Shown piece after piece: positions 59,746 through 64,000 of a stretch of DNA of 64,000 nucleotides (positions within the stretch are counted from its first letter, which is position 1; the number at the start of each line of letters is the position of its first letter). The stretch lies in assembly GCA_030390025.1 (NCBI GenBank), contig CM059431.1, positions 94,924,001-94,988,000 on the forward strand, written 5' to 3'. The notes under the pieces were generated by a model. It worked only from the letters and a program-made list of their open reading frames with translations. It ran no database searches and was not told the DNA's origin. Source of the stretch: Squalus acanthias (lineage: Eukaryota). The position numbers were made by a program, and so were the translations under genes.

Positions 59746-62700
59746 CATAGAATCATAGAATAGTTACAGCACAGAAGGAGGCCATTCGGTCCGTCGAGCC
59801 CATGCTGGGTCTCTGCAAGAGCACTTCAGCTAGTCCCAATACCCCAACCTTTCCCCGTAGTCCTGCAAATTTTTTTCCTTCAGGTACTTATCCAATTCTC
59901 TTTTGAAAGCCACGATTGAGTCTGCTTCACCACCCTTTCTGGCAATGCATACGAGATCCTAACCACTTGCTGCGTTAAATAGTTTTTCCTCATGTCGTGT
60001 TTAGTTCTTTTGCCAACCACCTTAAATCTGTGTCTTCTGGTTCTCGACCCTTCCGCCAACGGGAACAGTTTCTCTTTATCTACTCTGTCTAGACCCCTCA
60101 TGATTTTGAACACCTCTATCAAATCTCCTGTCATCCTTCTCTGCTCCAAGGAGAACAACCCCAGCTTCTCCAGTCTATCCACATAACTGAAGTCCCTCAT
60201 CCCTGGAACCATTCTCGTAAATCTATAAGGCACCCTCTCTAAGGCCTTCATAACATCCTTCCTAAAGTGCGGTGCCCAGAATTGGACACAATACTCCAGT
60301 TGAGGCCAAACCAGTGTTTTATAAAGTTTCATCATAAGTCCCTTGCTTTTGTACTCTATGGGCTGGATTTTGATACTGGGGCGGGTTGGGGTCGTGTCAT
60401 CCACTTTTCGTGTTATCCACCCGACTGCAATTGGATGTGGGAGATTGATGCAATTTTTACCTAATTGGGCAATTGAGTTCCAGCATGTGGGAACCAATGA
60501 ACCAATTAGTGTTTTCAGTCTGAAAGTCGCCTCTGATGATGTCATCATTGCTGCTGCATTGAAGGTCTTCAAAGACTGCCTGGCCTTTGCTGTGAGGGGA
60601 CCTGGATGCAAAATGAGCAGCAGCAGCCCTAAGTCTGCTCCCAGATATTTTTACACCACCACTTCCAGATATGTCTCCTCCCCATCCATCCATATATGCA
60701 TCCATCCACATAGCTAACCAGCCAGCCAGCCAGCCAGCTCCAAATGTGCTCCAGCCAGCTCCCGCCAGGTTTCACATTCATGGTTCAGAACAGGCGTGCT
60801 TCATGTAGAAAAAGGGTTAAAATCATAATAGACTTTCAAAATGGCATTATAGAGGCCATTTAGTGCTTGTTAAGGGCCTCAACAGCCTATCCCGCCTCTA
60901 AGAGGCGGGACAGAGTCGGGACCAGCAGACACGATTTAATGAAAATTGCGTGGAGGCGGGATGGAGGCAGGCTTGTGCCCGCCCGCCAGTTTTCGCAATT
61001 TTAACCCCCCACACGCCTCCAAACCCACCTCCACGGGTCAATGAAAATCCAGCCCTTTGCCTCTATTTATAAAGCCCAAGATCCTGTATGATTTTTTAAC
61101 TGCTTTCTCAAACTGCCCTGCCACCTTCAACGATTTGTGCACATATGCCTCCAGGTCTCTCTGTTGATGCACGCCCTTTAAGATTGTACCCTTTAGTTTA
61201 TATTGCCTCTCTTCGTTCTTCCTACCAAAGTGTATCACTTCACACTTTTCTGCGTTAAATTTCATCTGCCATGTGTTCGCCCATATCACTATCCTCCTCA
61301 CTGTTCACTATACTTCCAAGTTTTGTGTCATCTGCAAATTTTGAAATTGTGCCCTGTACTCCCAAGTTCAAGTCATTAATATATATCAAGAAAAGCAGTG
61401 GTACTATGTAATGACCCCTGGGGACCACCATTGCATACCTTCCTCCAGTACAATAAACAACCGTTCACTAATACTCTCTGTTCCTGTCGCTTAGCCAATT
61501 TCGTATCCATGCTGCCACTGTCCCTTTTATTCCATGGGCTTCAACTTTGCTGGCAAGCCTATTATGTGGCATTTTATCAAACACCTTTTGGAATTCCATG
61601 TACACCACATCAATTGCATTGTCCTCATCAACTGTCTCTGTTACCTCATCAAAAAACTCAATCAAGTTAGTCCAAAACAATTTGCCTTTAACAAATCTCT
61701 GCTGGCTTTCCTTAATTAGTCCACACTTGTCCAAGTGATTGTTAATTTTGCCCCTGATTATCGTTTCTAAAAGGTTCCCCACTACCGAGGTTAAACTGAC
61801 TGGCCTGTAATTGTTGGGTTTATCCTTACACCCTTTTTTGAAGAAGCATGTAACATTTGCAATTCTCCAGTCCTCTGGCACCACTCCCGTATCTAAGGAG
61901 GATTGAAAGATTATGGCCAGTACCTTCGAGATTTCCACCTTAACTTCCCTCAGCATCCTAGGATGCATCCCATCCGGTCCCAGTGACTTATCTACTTTAA
62001 GTACAACCAGCCTTTCTAGTACCTCCTCTTTATCAATTTTTATCCCATCCAGTATCTCCACTACCTCCTCTTTCACTATGACTTTGGCAGCACCTTCTGC
62101 CTTGGTGAAGACAGATGCAAAGTACTCATTTAGTGCCTTAGCCGTGCCCTCTGCCTCCATGCGTAAGTCTCCTTTTTAGGTCTCCTAATGGGCCCCACCC
62201 CTCCTCTTATTACCCGTTTTACTATTTTTATGCCTATAGAAGACTTTTGGATTCCTTTTCATGTTAGCTGCCAATCTATTTTCATACTCTCTCTTTGCCT
62301 CTCTTATTTCCTTTTTCACTTCCCCTCTGAACTTCCTATATTCAGCCTGATTCTCACTTGTATTCTCAACCTGACATCTGTCATACGCACCCTTTTTCTG
62401 CTTCATCTTACTCTTTATCTCTTTCGTCAGCTAGGGAGCTCTGGCTTTTGTTGCCCAACCTCTCCCCTTCGTGGGAATGTACCTCGACTGTACCCAAACC
62501 ATCTCCTCTTTAAAGGCAGCCCATTGTTCAATTACAGTTTTGCCTGCCAATCTTTGATTCCAATTTACCCGGGCCAGATCCGTTCTCAACCCACTGAAAT
62601 TGTCCTTCTTCCAATTAAGTATTTTTACTCTAAATTGCTCCCTGTCCTTTTCCATAACTAATCTAAACCTTATGATACTATGATCACTGTTCCCTAAAAG

Positions 62701-63290
62701 TTCCCCATCTGACACTTACACCACTTGCCCCATCTCATTCCCCAGAACCAGATCCAACAATGCTTCCTTCCTCGTTGGGCCGGAAACGTACTGATCAAGG
62801 AAGTTCTCCTGAGCACACTTCAAAAATTCTTCCCCCTCTCTGCCCTTTACACTATTACTATCCCAGTCTATATTAGGATAGTTGAAGTCCCCCATTATCA
62901 CTACTCTATAATTCTTGCACCTCCCTGTAATTTCCCTGCAAATTTGCTCCTCTATATCCTTCTCACTAGTTGGCAACCTATAGAATACACCTAGCAGTGT
63001 AATGGCACCTCTATTAGTTCTTAACTCTAACCAAATAAATTCTCTCCTTGACCCCTCCATGACATCATCTCTCTCCAGTATTGTATCATTCTCCTTAACC
63101 AATACTGCCACCCTTTCTTTCTTTCCTTCCCTATCTTTCCTGAACACCTTATATCCAGGAATATTTAATACCCAATCCTGCCCTCTTTTGAGCCAGGTCT
63201 CTGTTATTGCTACCACATCATGTGGCTATTTGTGCCTGCAGCTCACCAACCTTAGTTAACAGGCTTTGTGCGTTTACACACTTGCACTGT
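59746..63290 (-). mobile_element. Degenerate near-complete CR1 ORF2 (APE+RT), split by MITE 60360-61055
   Basis: ORFs 62716-63216 (VAITETWL, MGDFNYP), 62431-62715, 61468-62160, 61038-61301 and 59880-; catagaat tail. Confidence 0.93.
60360..61055. mobile_element. Harbinger-type MITE
   Basis: Perfect 12-bp TIR GGGCTGGATTTT / AAAATCCAGCCC; TSD tat/ttt. Confidence 0.85.
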
Positions 63291-63411
63291 AAACCTCTCT
63301 TAGACCTTCTTGTACTCTCAAGTACAATACCCCAACCCAGGAATCAGTCTGATGAACCTTTGTTGCTCTCTCTCTAAGGCAAGTATATCTTTCCTTAGGT
63401 AAGGAGACTAA

Positions 63412-63757
63412 AGGGGAAAAATTCAGTTGGTTGCGCCTCCCGTTAGCGCCTTAAGAGGGCGCTAATGGGGCGCAAAGCATCTAGCACCTGGGCGCGGTGA
63501 TGTTTGCGCCGCTCGCGAAATTAACTAGACATTTTGCGGCGGCGCTAAACACTACCGCCACGAACTCCTGCGCCGGCAGATCGTGACATCAGTCGAGTGC
63601 GCAACGCCCCGGTATCGCCCCAGAGCGGATATTGAGTGGCGCCCCCTGCCTTACCACCTGCCGCTAGCAACGACAGGTTGAGAGGAGCGTTTTGCAGTCA
63701 GGAAGGGACTGGGAGCGCTATTTAAAGGCGACCGCTTCCTGCCTTTTATTTGCCCCA
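63412..63757. mobile_element. Deleted M2 MITE in a CR1 fragment
   Basis: Reverse complement of 9078-9417; TAA TSD (63409-63411/63758-63760). Confidence 0.8.
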
Positions 63758-63823
63758 TAATCTGTACACAGTATTCCAGGTGTGGTCTCACTAAGGCCCT
63801 ATATAATTGCAGTATGACTTATT

Positions 63824-64000
63824 GGGAGAGAAATTCAGTATCGCCCCATTTGGGGCACAATTATCGGCTGGGCGCAAAAATTAGCGCCTGGCGCTAATTA
63901 TCGCCTCCGACTGCAAACTTGACTTTTTTCGCCCCTGGATATGATTGGAGCGCTAAATCAGGCGCTTCACACCTGTCTTAAGGCGCAAAGGCCGAGGAGC
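63824..64000. mobile_element. M2 MITE left end (runs off the window)
   Basis: Near-identical to 8525-8700. Confidence 0.85.

Overview
This is vertebrate nuclear DNA, inferred from its repeat repertoire to be cartilaginous fish (shark-like). There are no prokaryotic operons, rRNA/tRNA genes or CRISPR arrays, and most ORFs in the track are transposon fragments or noise. The one host gene I can support is a + strand B7-family costimulatory ligand most similar to CD80/CD86. It has a candidate first coding mini-exon (4216-4223), a 53-nt leader exon (5242-5294) and an IgV exon (55072-55413), which splice in frame to MNRSERLALVATLVFSILKHVLA-AGWSVPAVPGTSVDLPC... Its IgV has Met in place of the canonical C-strand Trp. 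The ~49.8 kb between the leader and IgV exons is packed with nested TEs. These include CR1 LINEs of several ages, two-gene PIF/Harbinger transposons (DDE transposase plus spliced Myb/SANT gene) with a 1.77-kb non-autonomous derivative and GC-rich MITEs, Deu-domain SINEs, L2/RTE/Gypsy fragments, a possible solo LTR, and four short Penelope-derived inserts carrying minimal hammerhead ribozyme motifs. Coordinates were counted by eye: element ends are +/-1-2 bp where TSDs are given and approximate elsewhere.
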